DNA of 64,000 nucleotides from Candidatus Saccharimonadota bacterium (GCA_013694995.1 JACDBH010000004.1:60828-124827); one strand, 5' to 3'; shown: positions 50,356-62,222, counted from the stretch's first letter. The notes: generated from the sequence alone by a model not told the origin. Translations and numbers: made by a program.

Positions 50356-52242
50356 ATGACTGCACAAGACATCCGTAATGCGTATTTGAAGTTTTTCGAG
50401 GAACGTGGCCACCAGGTTATTCCGCGGGCTTTGCTGGTACCGCAGAATGACCCAACGACATTATTCACCGGTTCCGGCATGCAGCCATTAATCCCATATT
50501 TATTAGGTGAGCCGCACCCGAAAGGTACGCGGCTGGTAGACTCTCAGACATGTTTGCGCGCCCAAGATATAGAAGAGGTCGGTGACAACCGGCATACGAC
50601 ATTTTTTGAGATGCTTGGCAACTGGAGTTTGGGCGATTATTTTAAAAAAGAACAGTTGTCATGGTTTTTTGAATTTTTAACGGACACTGTTGGACTCGAT
50701 CCTAACCGTCTATACGTGACGACATTTATTGGTGATGAAGCAAATGGCATCCCACGAGATGACGAATCAGCCGATATCTGGGAAGAATTGTTTGCGAGTA
50801 AAGGTATTGACGCAAATACAGTCGAGATTGGCTCTGAGGATGATGGTTACAAAAAAGGTATGCAAGATGGACGGATTTTTTACTACGACGCAAGTAAAAA
50901 CTGGTGGTGCCGTGCCGGAAAAATCGACCAGATGCCAGCTGGAGAACCGGGCGGTCCAGACTCGGAAGTATTTTACGAATTCGAGCACATTGAACATGAC
51001 ACTAAATGGGGAGAATTATGCCATCCTAACTGCGACTGTGGCCGGTTTATGGAAATTGGCAACTCGGTATTTATGGAGTACATCAAAACTAAAAATGGCT
51101 TTGATAAATTACCAAAACAAAACGTTGATTTTGGCGGCGGGCTGGAGCGGATTGCAGCTGCATCATTGAATAGCTCAGATGTATTTAGAATTTCGCTGCT
51201 AGGGCCAATAATAGAAGCTTTGCAGAAATTATCTGGCAAAGATTACGAATCGAATACCAACGCAATGCGGGTTATAGCCGATCATCTGCGTGCTGCCACT
51301 TTTCTAGCTGTCGACGGAGTAGTTCCAAGTAATAAAGAGCAAGGTTATGTCATGCGCCGGCTGGTGAGACGAGCTATACGGTTTGCCTTTGATCTCGGCA
51401 TCGAACAAAATTTTTTGGAACACATTGTACCCGTTATTGCAGATCTTTATAAAGATGATTTTCCAGAAGTTGCTGAAAACCGCGACAAAGTAATTGCGGT
51501 GCTGATGAGGGAGGAAAAAGTCTTCCGTCAGACTCTTCGTGCTGGTGTCAAAGAGCTTTCGAAACTTTCCGAAGGTGGTCTTACCGGTGCTGAGGTATTC
51601 AAATTGTACGATACCTACGGTTTCCCAGTTGAGCTTAGTGTCGAAGAAGCATACAAGCAAGACATTACAGTTTCTCTGTCGTGGCGTGAGGAATTTGATA
51701 CGCTCATGAAAGAACAGCGCGAGCGATCGCAAACAGCAGCTAAAGGTACCTTCAAAGGCGGGCTTGGCGGCCAAACTATGCAACACAAAAAATACCACAC
51801 GGCGACGCATTTAATGTACCAAGCGCTTCGTGATGTATTAGGCAGTCATGTCATCCAACGTGGCAGTAATATAACCGAAGAACGCCTACGTTTTGACTTT
51901 AGTCACCCCGAAAAGGTTAACCCTGAGCAACTGCAAGAAGTTGAAGAGATTGTCAACAAGCAAATTAGCAAGGATCTGAAAGTCAGTTATGAGGAATTCC
52001 CTACTCGTGTTGCAGTAGATGAAAAGGGCGCCCTTGGGCAGTTTGGCGACCGTTACGGTGACACTGTAAAAGTCTATAAAATGATTGCCGATAACGAAGA
52101 CCAGCCTTTTAGTTTTGAAATTTGCGGCGGCCCGCATGTCGAACATACACTGCAATTATTTGAAGACAACAAAAAGTTTAAGATAATAAAAGAAGAAGCC
52201 AGTTCGGCAGGCATCCGCCGAATCAAAGCTGTGCTTATATAG
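50356..52242 (+). CDS. alaS: Alanine--tRNA ligase, truncated form without C-Ala domain
   Basis: DPTTLFT..GMQ, HTTFFEMLGNWS, DFGGGLER, ADHLR, LYDTYGFP, editing motifs HTATH and CGGPH; ends at GIRRIKA. Confidence 0.96.
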   Translation: MTAQDIRNAYLKFFEERGHQVIPRALLVPQNDPTTLFTGSGMQPLIPYLLGEPHPKGTRLVDSQTCLRAQDIEEVGDNRHTTFFEMLGNWSLGDYFKKEQLSWFFEFLTDTVGLDPNRLYVTTFIGDEANGIPRDDESADIWEELFASKGIDANTVEIGSEDDGYKKGMQDGRIFYYDASKNWWCRAGKIDQMPAGEPGGPDSEVFYEFEHIEHDTKWGELCHPNCDCGRFMEIGNSVFMEYIKTKNGFDKLPKQNVDFGGGLERIAAASLNSSDVFRISLLGPIIEALQKLSGKDYESNTNAMRVIADHLRAATFLAVDGVVPSNKEQGYVMRRLVRRAIRFAFDLGIEQNFLEHIVPVIADLYKDDFPEVAENRDKVIAVLMREEKVFRQTLRAGVKELSKLSEGGLTGAEVFKLYDTYGFPVELSVEEAYKQDITVSLSWREEFDTLMKEQRERSQTAAKGTFKGGLGGQTMQHKKYHTATHLMYQALRDVLGSHVIQRGSNITEERLRFDFSHPEKVNPEQLQEVEEIVNKQISKDLKVSYEEFPTRVAVDEKGALGQFGDRYGDTVKVYKMIADNEDQPFSFEICGGPHVEHTLQLFEDNKKFKIIKEEASSAGIRRIKAVLI

Positions 52243-52245
52243 TTT

Positions 52246-52554
52246 ATGGAGCTAGACCATTATTTTATCGATGATTATGCACCTTATCCCCGCATGCAGC
52301 GGACCGAAGTAATTTTTGACCCGGAAAGTGAAGCTCATTTGATGCAACTTGTAAGTAATGCTGCACGTAACGTGTTAATACGCACAGTTTCTAGTGACTC
52401 CAAAGCTTTGCCGAAACACGATTACAGCATTGTTCTAATGGGGAAAGTAGAAGAAGAATCAGTAAGACGAGCAGCTACCATGCAATTTCGCAATCAAAGG
52501 CTGAGGCAAGCTCATTTTGCTAAAAAAGTTCAGGCCAATCCCCGCTACCTCTAA
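52246..52554 (+). CDS. Hypothetical protein
   Basis: 102-aa ORF 3 nt after alaS. Confidence 0.55.
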   Translation: MELDHYFIDDYAPYPRMQRTEVIFDPESEAHLMQLVSNAARNVLIRTVSSDSKALPKHDYSIVLMGKVEEESVRRAATMQFRNQRLRQAHFAKKVQANPRYL

Positions 52555-52743
52555 TATTACCGTGGTACAATAATACGGATATGCACAAGCATTATTTCTT
52601 GACCTCTTTGGTCTGTACGCGGGTTTCGCGGCAGCCTGAATCTTTTTCATTCCTCACCGTAGGCAGCGCTACACTTCGGCCTGAGAAAACATACATGCTA
52701 TCCACGAAACAAGCGTTCGGACAATCAGAGGAGCCAAGAAGCA

Positions 52744-54033
52744 ATGCTTAAGAAGTTTAAACGCCCAAGTTTTGGCCGCACAAAAAAGTCGGAACCAGCC
52801 CAACCAGACCACATCATCGGACTGGATATAGGCACCGAAAACGTTAAGGCACTGATTGGTAGGATTAAAGGTGATGAAATAGAAATTATTGGTGTAGGAA
52901 GGGCGCACCAGCACCTGGCTGATATGCAGGCCGGGGCAATTGCAGATATTGCCGGTGTAGTCACTAATTGTGATGAAGCCCTAGACGCAGCCGAAAAAAT
53001 GGCCGGGGTATCAGTCCGAGGCACTGTTATTGGTATTGCCGGCGAGCTAGTTAAAGGCACTACAACTACAGTTAAATTTACACGCAAAGACCCCAGCAAG
53101 CCGCTAGATATACCTGAAATTGAAAAGATTATAGGTATGGTACAAGCCAAGGCTCTGGGAAAAGCCAAGCAGCAGCTGGCGTGGGAACTGGGTGGCAAGG
53201 AAGTAGAAATCAGATTGGTTAACAGCGCACTAGTAAGTATAACGATTGACGGTTATGTCGTTAGTAGCCCAATGGGATTCCAGGGCCGCGATGTCATGAT
53301 CCAGCTTTATACGGCCTTTGCACCGCTTATACACATAGGTGCTTTGGAACGCACAGCGCACGAACTTGATCTCGATTTATTAGCCGTTGCGGCTGAGCCG
53401 TTCGCTGTAGCCAGAAGCATAGTTGGAAATGATCCAAACGCCAACATGAGCGCAATTCTTATGGATGTCGGTGGTGGTACGACCGATATTGCCATATTAA
53501 ACGAAGGCGGAGTCGAAGGAACTAAAATGTTCGGTATCGGCGGCCGGGCTTTTACCCGCTCGATTGAGCGCGATCTATCAACTGATTTCGACCAAGCTGA
53601 AATACTAAAGCTGGCGATTGATTCCAACAAGATCCCCCAGCACAAGCGTGGCCAAATTACAGATGCCTTGAATAAAACACTTGAGGTTTGGACTTCCGGT
53701 GTCGAGCTGGCCTTGGGCGAATTTACCAAGCTCGACCATCTTCCGCACCGTATTTTGTTATGCGGCGGCGGCTCATCTTTAGGAATGCTGATGGATACTT
53801 TGGCCGAGACCCGGTGGTATGGCGGCTTGCCATTTACCCGCAAACCTGTCGTAGAGCACATTGAGCCGATCCAGGTTACAGGTATTGTTGACAAAACCGG
53901 CGTTGTAACCGACCATACTTACATAACCGCGATGGGGTTGCTGCGAGTTGGGCTTGATACAATAAACCAGCAAAATCCTGATCATAATGCCGGATCAATT
54001 AAGGAACGAATAAATCGACTACTAAGCGTATGA
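52744..54033 (+). CDS. FtsA-like actin-fold ATPase
   Basis: GLDIGT, MDVGGGTTDIA, GGRAFT, AEILK, LCGGGS. Confidence 0.85.
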   Translation: MLKKFKRPSFGRTKKSEPAQPDHIIGLDIGTENVKALIGRIKGDEIEIIGVGRAHQHLADMQAGAIADIAGVVTNCDEALDAAEKMAGVSVRGTVIGIAGELVKGTTTTVKFTRKDPSKPLDIPEIEKIIGMVQAKALGKAKQQLAWELGGKEVEIRLVNSALVSITIDGYVVSSPMGFQGRDVMIQLYTAFAPLIHIGALERTAHELDLDLLAVAAEPFAVARSIVGNDPNANMSAILMDVGGGTTDIAILNEGGVEGTKMFGIGGRAFTRSIERDLSTDFDQAEILKLAIDSNKIPQHKRGQITDALNKTLEVWTSGVELALGEFTKLDHLPHRILLCGGGSSLGMLMDTLAETRWYGGLPFTRKPVVEHIEPIQVTGIVDKTGVVTDHTYITAMGLLRVGLDTINQQNPDHNAGSIKERINRLLSV

Positions 54034-55724
54034 CACCCCCGAAGAACAAAGAGAGCGTATATATTGATGTCGATGATGAGATAACAAACATCATCGAGAA
54101 AGTTAAAACCAGCGAAAGCAAGATTGTCGCTCTGGTGCTGCCTAAACGCGCCACTGTACTTCAAAGCGTTGTGAACATGAAGCTGCTTAAAAAAGCTGCG
54201 CTCAGCTCCAAGAAAAGTATCGTTTTGATTACCTCCGAAGTTGGCCTGCTACCACTGGCCGGTGCTGCCGGTTTACATGTAGCTAAAAGTTTGCAGAGTA
54301 AGCCGGTTATTCCACCCATGCCGAAAACCGTAGCTGACGATGACGAAGTGACCGAAGATATAGGGGACGAAGTGCCAATTGATGCAACCACTTCGGTTGG
54401 TACCTTGGCAGCGGCTGCTGCAATAGCTGACGATGACGATACCGAGACGATTGAGCTGGATAACATTGATTTAGATGGAACAGAAGCCGGGGCGGTTAAA
54501 AAAGGTATGGCCGAGCGTCTAAAACACCTTAAAGTGCCTAACTTTGAGAGATTTCGGCTTGTTTTCTTTTTAGCAGGCTTAGGCCTGCTACTCTTAGTTG
54601 GTGGACTGATAATGGCATTTATCATCATGCCCAAGGCCCATATAACTATCAAGACCGATACGACCAGTGTAGTAAGTTCATTTGATTTTATAGCCAGTGC
54701 AAATGTTGCCGAACTAAATATCGATGAGAAGAAAATACCGGCGGTATATAAAGAAGTTATTAAAAAAGATAGTGAAAAAGCCCCTGCAACAGGACAAAAA
54801 GATACCGGTACTAAAGCCACTGGCACTATGACACTTAAGAACTGCGCAGCAACCGAAGGTAGTGTCGTCGTACCGGTCGGAACCAGGTTTACTAATAGCG
54901 GGCTAAGTTTTGCAAGCGACGAGGCAGTGACATTGCCGGAGAGTTCGTTTAGCAGCGGTGGTACGTGTAAGACTGACACCCGTAGTGTTGACGTAACTGC
55001 CGAGAGTCCTGGGGACAACTACAATCTTAGTAGCCGGACATATACATCTAATCTGGGTAGCGTAACGGCTTCTGGCTCGGCAATGAGTGGTGGTACAACC
55101 AATATCATCAAGATTGTCAGTCAGGGAGATATTGATGCCGCAGTCGCCAAGATGAAAAGCCGTTTGGACAAGCAAGCCGTAGACGAGTTAAAGGCGCTAA
55201 TGGATACAGAACAGTTATTTACATTGAACGAAAGTAAATTCTCGACCGAACCAAAGATTGCCTCTACTCCCGCTCTAGACCACGAAGCCACCGAATTTAC
55301 TGTAACTTCCGAAACAACATACTCCACGCTGGGTATTAAGCGTGAATATTTAAGCCAGGTTATTGCATCAGATGTTGAGGATAAGATAGACACTCAGAAA
55401 CAGGCAATTACCAATGATGGCATTGATACGGCTATATTCCGGCTTAATAATCTTGCAAATCCGAAAGAGGCCTTTATCAGTTTTCGAACATCTGTTGTTG
55501 CCGGTCCGGAGTTAGATGAAGTAGCAATTAAGGAAGCGGTGCGGGGCAAAAAACGAGGACAGGTCGAAAGTTATATAAGTAGCCAGCCAGGTGTCAAAGA
55601 GGTAATTGTTGAGTATAGCCCATTCTGGATTTACTCTACACCCAAATCTACTAAGAAGATTCAAATAACAATAGAAAAAACCGCTGAAACACAGGCAGAA
55701 CAAGCAGCTGATGGATCGGAATAA
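54030..55724 (+). CDS. Bitopic membrane protein with extracellular baseplate-J/gp47-like region
   Basis: Cytoplasmic N-domain, acidic linker, TM, ATG..KATGTMTLKN..VPVGTRF..VTAESPGDNYN..MSGG; coupled to the FtsA-like gene. Confidence 0.7.
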   Translation: MTPPKNKESVYIDVDDEITNIIEKVKTSESKIVALVLPKRATVLQSVVNMKLLKKAALSSKKSIVLITSEVGLLPLAGAAGLHVAKSLQSKPVIPPMPKTVADDDEVTEDIGDEVPIDATTSVGTLAAAAAIADDDDTETIELDNIDLDGTEAGAVKKGMAERLKHLKVPNFERFRLVFFLAGLGLLLLVGGLIMAFIIMPKAHITIKTDTTSVVSSFDFIASANVAELNIDEKKIPAVYKEVIKKDSEKAPATGQKDTGTKATGTMTLKNCAATEGSVVVPVGTRFTNSGLSFASDEAVTLPESSFSSGGTCKTDTRSVDVTAESPGDNYNLSSRTYTSNLGSVTASGSAMSGGTTNIIKIVSQGDIDAAVAKMKSRLDKQAVDELKALMDTEQLFTLNESKFSTEPKIASTPALDHEATEFTVTSETTYSTLGIKREYLSQVIASDVEDKIDTQKQAITNDGIDTAIFRLNNLANPKEAFISFRTSVVAGPELDEVAIKEAVRGKKRGQVESYISSQPGVKEVIVEYSPFWIYSTPKSTKKIQITIEKTAETQAEQAADGSE

Positions 55725-56136
55725 TGTCATGGCGTTGGACGTGGGAGCGCGGCGGATTGGCGTCGCTGTTGCAAGTACTTTATCTAGGCTAGCTAGCCCC
55801 GTCGAGTTTATAGATCTTAAAAAAACACCTGAAGCTGTGTATGAAATTAAGAAACTGATTGAAAAACACAAGATCTCTACTGTGGTAGTGGGTTTACCGC
55901 GCGGCCTGGACGGACAGGAAACTGCTCAAACGTCAACTTCCCGCCAGTTTGCTACATATTTATCAAAAAATGTTAGCCAGCCAGTAGTAATGCAAGACGA
56001 AGCCGGTACGTCCAAAGAAGCTGTGGCGTTACTGGAATTGAGGCGAAAACCTTACAGCAAAGGCGATATAGACTCAGAAGCCGCGGCTCTTATTTTACGC
56101 GATTGGCTAGAAAACTCTCTGGAGAGAACGGCATGA
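55711..56136 (+). CDS. ruvX: YqgF/RuvX family nuclease
   Basis: MALDVGARRIGVA, VVGLP, QDE, IDSEAAALIL. Confidence 0.92.
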   Translation: MDRNNVMALDVGARRIGVAVASTLSRLASPVEFIDLKKTPEAVYEIKKLIEKHKISTVVVGLPRGLDGQETAQTSTSRQFATYLSKNVSQPVVMQDEAGTSKEAVALLELRRKPYSKGDIDSEAAALILRDWLENSLERTA

Positions 56137-57200
56137 GAGCATATAAACACGGCCATGGGTCGGGCAAGCGTTGGCATAAAATACTTTTTTTTGCCGGGCT
56201 AGCTTTCTTACTATTAACTGTTGCCGGTGCAGTCGGCGTGCGCAGCCTGTATACCCGCAATCTGCAGCCAATCAACATTAATGCCAAAGAAGATGTAATA
56301 TTTGTCGTAGTCAGTGGAGCCTCGGTTGATGAAATAGCCGAGGAGCTTCGGGATAAACAACTTATTCGTTCAACATGGGCCTTTTCACGATATATTAAAA
56401 GCAACGAGCTGGCTGATTTGCTTAAAGCCGGTACTTACCGATTGCAACAGTCTCAGGACGTACCGGCAATTGCCACCATATTAACTGAAGGGAGAGTAGC
56501 AGTGGACCTGTTTACAATTTTGCCGGCCCGACGGCTTGATCAGCTACGCCAGGCTTTTATCGATGCCGGATATAGCGTGGAGCAAGTAGATGCAGCCCTA
56601 AAGCCAGAAAACTATGCCGATCATCCGGCACTGGTCGATAAGCCCAAAGAAGCCAACTTGGAGGGATACCTTTATCCTGACTCGTTCCATAAAATTGCCG
56701 AAACAACACCAGAGACACTAATTGCTGCTTCGCTCGATGAGATGGCCGAGGCGCTGACGCCGGAAATAAGGGCGGGAATTGCTAAACAAGGACTGAGCAT
56801 CCACCAGGGAATAATCATCGCATCAATCGTTGAACAGGAAATACCGTCGCCGCCGAAGGCGCCAAAAGAGGACCGCCAAAAGGCTGCCCAGGTATTCTTG
56901 ACTCGTATCAAATCTAATATGCAGCTGGGATCTGACGTCACGGCTTTTTATGGCGCCTACCTGGCCAATAAAAAGCCTGCTGTTAGCTTTGATTCTCCGT
57001 ATAACACTAGGATATATAATGGCTTGCCACCGGGGCCGATAAGCAATGTCAGCCGTAACAGTCTGGAAGCGGTTGCTTTCCCAGCCATAACCGACTTCCT
57101 GTACTTCGTGGCGGGCGACGATGGTATAACTTACTTCTCAAAAACGATTGAAGAACACGAAGCTTTAACGGCTCAGCACTGTATAGAATTGTGTCGCTAG
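56133..57200 (+). CDS. mltG: Endolytic transglycosylase
   Basis: TM, KAGTY, LEGYLYPDSF, IIASIVEQE, DSPYNT..GLPPGPI, LYFV; start at the ATGA overlap with ruvX. Confidence 0.93.
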   Translation: MRAYKHGHGSGKRWHKILFFAGLAFLLLTVAGAVGVRSLYTRNLQPININAKEDVIFVVVSGASVDEIAEELRDKQLIRSTWAFSRYIKSNELADLLKAGTYRLQQSQDVPAIATILTEGRVAVDLFTILPARRLDQLRQAFIDAGYSVEQVDAALKPENYADHPALVDKPKEANLEGYLYPDSFHKIAETTPETLIAASLDEMAEALTPEIRAGIAKQGLSIHQGIIIASIVEQEIPSPPKAPKEDRQKAAQVFLTRIKSNMQLGSDVTAFYGAYLANKKPAVSFDSPYNTRIYNGLPPGPISNVSRNSLEAVAFPAITDFLYFVAGDDGITYFSKTIEEHEALTAQHCIELCR

Positions 57201-57413
57201 AACCTAATATTGCTAAAATTAGTAATATATTATACAACTTTACACTTTAACAGAGGTAGAGCAATAGCATGCAAAGATTGACTCTAATAGTACCATCTAG
57301 TACAATGAGTGGGCAAAATACCGTTTTATGGCTGATTTGTTCATAGAACGTTCGTAATTTGCCTATTGTACAGCTTTTCCGCTTTCTTCTATAGCATAAT
57401 AAGGGAACACCCC

Positions 57414-58577
57414 TTGGAGTTAACTATTCGTAGTCTACCCCAAATAACTGAGCACTCGATTGCCATTGCCGGCTCAGTGAAGTCAACAGTCAGTATCAAG
57501 CCAACCAAGGGCTTGGCAAAATTCGCCAGGCGTAACCGCAAACGGCTTATTAGGTATGGCCTTTTGGCTGGTAATCTTGCTATTGTCGTTGTGGCTGTTA
57601 TTATGATTGCTCGACATTCCGGTGGCAATGCGGCAAGCTTCAGCGCTTTCAATACCGCCAGCGAAACCCAAGTTTCTAATCCGCTTGACACTGTTTCGGC
57701 CGCTGATATTGCTGTTAGCGTGGCTATCATGGCCCAGCTACCCGAGACAGGGTTGATTATTAACTATGCCGACTCAGTCAGTGCTGAACTTACTAAACCA
57801 ATTACGTCTAAAGACACGGTAACCAAGTCCCAGATCTTAAGTTCGGCTATTAAAACTAAGTTTGATGTCCAGGAATATGTTGTGGCCCAGGGCGACACCC
57901 TATCTTCGCTAGCTACTAAATTTGGTGTCACGTCAGAAAGTATCAAATGGTCAAATAGCCTGGGCAGTAATACGGTCAACCCTGGCATTAAGTTGCTTAT
58001 TCCACCGGTCAACGGCATTGTTTATACTGTAAAGTCTGGCGATAACGCTGAGACGTTGGCTCAGAAATTCTATGTCAGCAAGGAACAGATTGTGCAATTT
58101 AACGATGCCGAAATTGCTGGACTTACAGCTGGTGAGCGCATTGTGATTCCCGGCGGCACAATTAAGGCAGCAACATCTAAAGCCAAGCCTTTTTATGCTG
58201 GCTTTGCATTTGGCAACTCCGCTATCTATGGCTATAACGGCTATGTCCCCGGCTACTGCACCTGGTATGTCGCTAACAAGCGTATTCAAATTGGCCGGCC
58301 GCTGCCCGCCAATCTAGGTGATGCCTTTACTTGGGATGATTACGCTGCCCGTGCAGGTATTCGTGTTGATCGCAATCCCGAAGCTGGCGCCGCTGTAGTA
58401 ACGGGTACGTCACGTCGTCCTGGCCATGTCGCCTATGTAGAAGAAGTTTACTATAACGAAGACGGTTCGGTGAACAGCGTAAAGATATCAGAAATGAACG
58501 CTCGCAATATTCGCTATGAGATACGCAGCCGAGTTATGGTTGGCAGTGAAGCTCTTGGCTATAATTACGTACACTAA
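57414..58577 (+). CDS. LysM x2 + CHAP peptidoglycan hydrolase
   Basis: YVVAQGDTLSSLA, YTVKSGD, GYCTWYV, GHVAYVE, ISEMN; start uncertain (TTG 57414 or 57366). Confidence 0.9.
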   Translation: MELTIRSLPQITEHSIAIAGSVKSTVSIKPTKGLAKFARRNRKRLIRYGLLAGNLAIVVVAVIMIARHSGGNAASFSAFNTASETQVSNPLDTVSAADIAVSVAIMAQLPETGLIINYADSVSAELTKPITSKDTVTKSQILSSAIKTKFDVQEYVVAQGDTLSSLATKFGVTSESIKWSNSLGSNTVNPGIKLLIPPVNGIVYTVKSGDNAETLAQKFYVSKEQIVQFNDAEIAGLTAGERIVIPGGTIKAATSKAKPFYAGFAFGNSAIYGYNGYVPGYCTWYVANKRIQIGRPLPANLGDAFTWDDYAARAGIRVDRNPEAGAAVVTGTSRRPGHVAYVEEVYYNEDGSVNSVKISEMNARNIRYEIRSRVMVGSEALGYNYVH

Positions 58578-58664
58578 ATCGTCGTATGGAGTGGTGAAGT
58601 GCTGCAATCTAGAGCTAGGACCCACTAAAAGGTAGACTCGTATCTGTTAATGTTGTATAATTAA

Positions 58665-59945
<1,281 letters not shown>

Positions 59946-59960
59946 AACACATTTCTTTAC

Positions 59961-59983
59961 TTTCCGAGGTCCGTCCTCCGAAA
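59961..59983. repeat. REP-like palindrome, copy 2, flanked by a 14-bp direct repeat
   Basis: TTTCCGAGG-TCCGT-CCTCCGAAA; CAAATACTAGAACA at 59936-59949 and 59986-59999. Confidence 0.65.
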
Positions 59984-60083
59984 CCCAAATACTAGAACAT
60001 TAGCGTTAATTGGACTAATAGTATGACAAAAGTGTTCGGGTAGCTTTATTAAAAAAGCTCAGGAAGTGTACACTGGTTCTTAC

Positions 60084-61523
60084 ATGCAACAGACATTTTA
60101 TTTTTATGATTTGGAAACCAGTGGAGTTATACCTAAAACGAGCCGTGTTTTGCAGTTCGCTGGGCAGCGGACGGATATGCAGCTCAAACCTGTATCGCCG
60201 CCAGACAATATTTTTATACGCCTGAGCGAGGACATCCTGCCGGAGCCGGATGCCATTCTTATAAATGGGATTACACCGCAAAAGACTCGTACAGACGGCA
60301 TTAGCGAGGCTGAATTCCTTAGATATTTCCAGAAAAACATCAGCCTACCTGGTACGATTTTCACCGGCTTTAATAGTATTCGTTTTGATGATGAGTTTAT
60401 GCGTTATATGCACTACCGTAATTTTTATGATCCTTACGAATGGTCATGGAAAGACGGACGTAGCCGCTGGGATATTTTAGATGTAGTAAGAATGACGCGT
60501 GCACTACGGCCGGAGGGTATTGAATGGCCGGTAGATAGCTCGGGCAAGCCGACGAACCGTCTGGAATATTTGACTCGCTTAAATAAGCTCGAACATGAAG
60601 ATGCCCACGATGCTCTAAGTGATGTTAACGCCACCATCGCTGTCGCTAGAATGATTTATAACAAACAACCTAAATTGTTTAATTTTTTGCTGGAGTACAG
60701 AGATAAGAAAAAAATCGCAGAACTAGCTGCTAACGGCCAGTCTTTTGTCTATAGTAGCGGCAAATATCCCAGTTTGTATCATAAAACTACAGTTGTAACG
60801 GTACTAGGCCCGCATCCCGGCAAGCAAGGAGTGTTAGTCTATGATTTGCGGACCGATCCGGAAATACTAAAGGCTATGATACCGGCTGAGATGGCAAAAG
60901 TATGGATGGAGCGGGTGGAGGACGAAACCAAACGCTTCCCTGTTAAGACTCTGCAGTTCAACCGCTGTCCGGCAGTCGCGCCACTTTCTGTATTGGACAA
61001 AGCTAGCAGGGAACGTATATCCATAGATCCAAGCATAATAACTAATCATAAGAATGCATTAACTAAGCACCCTGACTTATATGAGCGGCTGCTTTCGGCA
61101 CTTACCATTATGGACAAGCAGCAGCAAGGCAAGTTTTTGGTTGATGAGCAAGATGTAGACTGCCAGCTGTACGAAGGTTTCTTTGATGAGCGAGATAAAA
61201 CCGGAATGTCGGTTGTCCGCGCCGCTGAAGCTGAGGAAGTAAACTCTTTGGATATGCAGTTTACCGATGAACGGCTCAATAAACTCCTTCCGCTCTATAA
61301 AGCACGCAATTTCCCGGATTCTATGACGCACGACGAACGCATCTCCTGGGAGGCTTTTCGATACCATAAACTTATGGGAGGTGGCGCAAAAAGCCTGGCT
61401 AGCCACTACTTTATGCGTCTAAGTGAGCTCGCAAAACGCCAACGGCTTAGTTCTGAGCAGCAGTACTTATTAGAAGAACTGCAGTTATACGGAGAAAGTA
61501 TACTACCCGAACCAGACCTTTAA
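60084..61523 (+). CDS. sbcB: Exodeoxyribonuclease I
   Basis: FYDLETSG, QFAG.RTD, GFNSIRFDDE, RALRPEGIEWP, AHDALSDV, NRCP, YKARNFP. Confidence 0.95.
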   Translation: MQQTFYFYDLETSGVIPKTSRVLQFAGQRTDMQLKPVSPPDNIFIRLSEDILPEPDAILINGITPQKTRTDGISEAEFLRYFQKNISLPGTIFTGFNSIRFDDEFMRYMHYRNFYDPYEWSWKDGRSRWDILDVVRMTRALRPEGIEWPVDSSGKPTNRLEYLTRLNKLEHEDAHDALSDVNATIAVARMIYNKQPKLFNFLLEYRDKKKIAELAANGQSFVYSSGKYPSLYHKTTVVTVLGPHPGKQGVLVYDLRTDPEILKAMIPAEMAKVWMERVEDETKRFPVKTLQFNRCPAVAPLSVLDKASRERISIDPSIITNHKNALTKHPDLYERLLSALTIMDKQQQGKFLVDEQDVDCQLYEGFFDERDKTGMSVVRAAEAEEVNSLDMQFTDERLNKLLPLYKARNFPDSMTHDERISWEAFRYHKLMGGGAKSLASHYFMRLSELAKRQRLSSEQQYLLEELQLYGESILPEPDL

Positions 61524-61540
61524 TTTTTTTACCGACTAAT

Positions 61541-61726
61541 TTACAGTGCGTGGAAAGTAGCTAGTGAAGTAATAAGTTTCTGTACCTGACGGCGAGCTGC
61601 CCAAGTAATAATGCTTTCAACTAAAAATATGAGCAACACGAAACCTGAGCTCAACAGCAGGATGTCTCTAAAAGTAAGTTGAACCGAAGTGCCAGGCACA
61701 AGGCCTAGTACAATTAAGTCGAGCAT
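61541..61726 (-). CDS. Small membrane protein
   Basis: 61 aa, LIVLGLVPGT motif plus hydrophobic helix; AGGTGG SD-like site. Confidence 0.55.
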   Translation of the reverse strand: MLDLIVLGLVPGTSVQLTFRDILLLSSGFVLLIFLVESIITWAARRQVQKLITSLATFHAL

Positions 61727-61799
61727 TATTAGCCACCTATTTAATTTAGTACATTATAATAAATAATAGTACTTATGTCAATAGTATTATATAAAAAGC

Positions 61800-62222
61800 T
61801 TATGGTTTAGATTTGGACTTAAATAGGGCTGCGATTTTATCAAACCGGTCACGGTTGAATAAAAATATTACAAGTCCGAAAGTTATCATGATAGTACCAA
61901 CTGCCGACAACAATCGTTTATCGGAATTCAGTAGTACATATATCCCGCCAAGTATGATAACAACCGACCCAAAGTCGTAGAATAAACGTACCCATGGACT
62001 ACTAGGAAACAAGTATTTCTTGAGGGTAGTACCTTTATATTTAACCGTTTCCATCCAGCGTTCGGCCCAATCATGGTTGACCGCAAGTAAGCTTAATCCA
62101 AGGATAAGCAAAGGTATGCCGCCAGGTCCTGGTAGCCACCCAAACAGTGCCACGCCGATAAAACATAGCCCCGCTAAAGTATCGAATAGTATAACTTTAC
62201 CGTATTTTTTTAGCTTATTCAT
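61800..62222 (-). CDS. PGPGW-like membrane protein
   Basis: WLPGPGGIPLLILGLSLLA..WA and further TM helices. Confidence 0.8.
   Translation of the reverse strand: MNKLKKYGKVILFDTLAGLCFIGVALFGWLPGPGGIPLLILGLSLLAVNHDWAERWMETVKYKGTTLKKYLFPSSPWVRLFYDFGSVVIILGGIYVLLNSDKRLLSAVGTIMITFGLVIFLFNRDRFDKIAALFKSKSKP

Noticed and set aside
50356-52242. alaS as a pseudogene because it is short
   Set aside because: Aminoacylation and editing motifs are intact and the frame ends cleanly; only the C-Ala domain is missing.
54030-55724. Prophage or contractile injection system
   Set aside because: No sheath, tube, terminase, capsid or integrase genes; the gene is embedded in a housekeeping operon.
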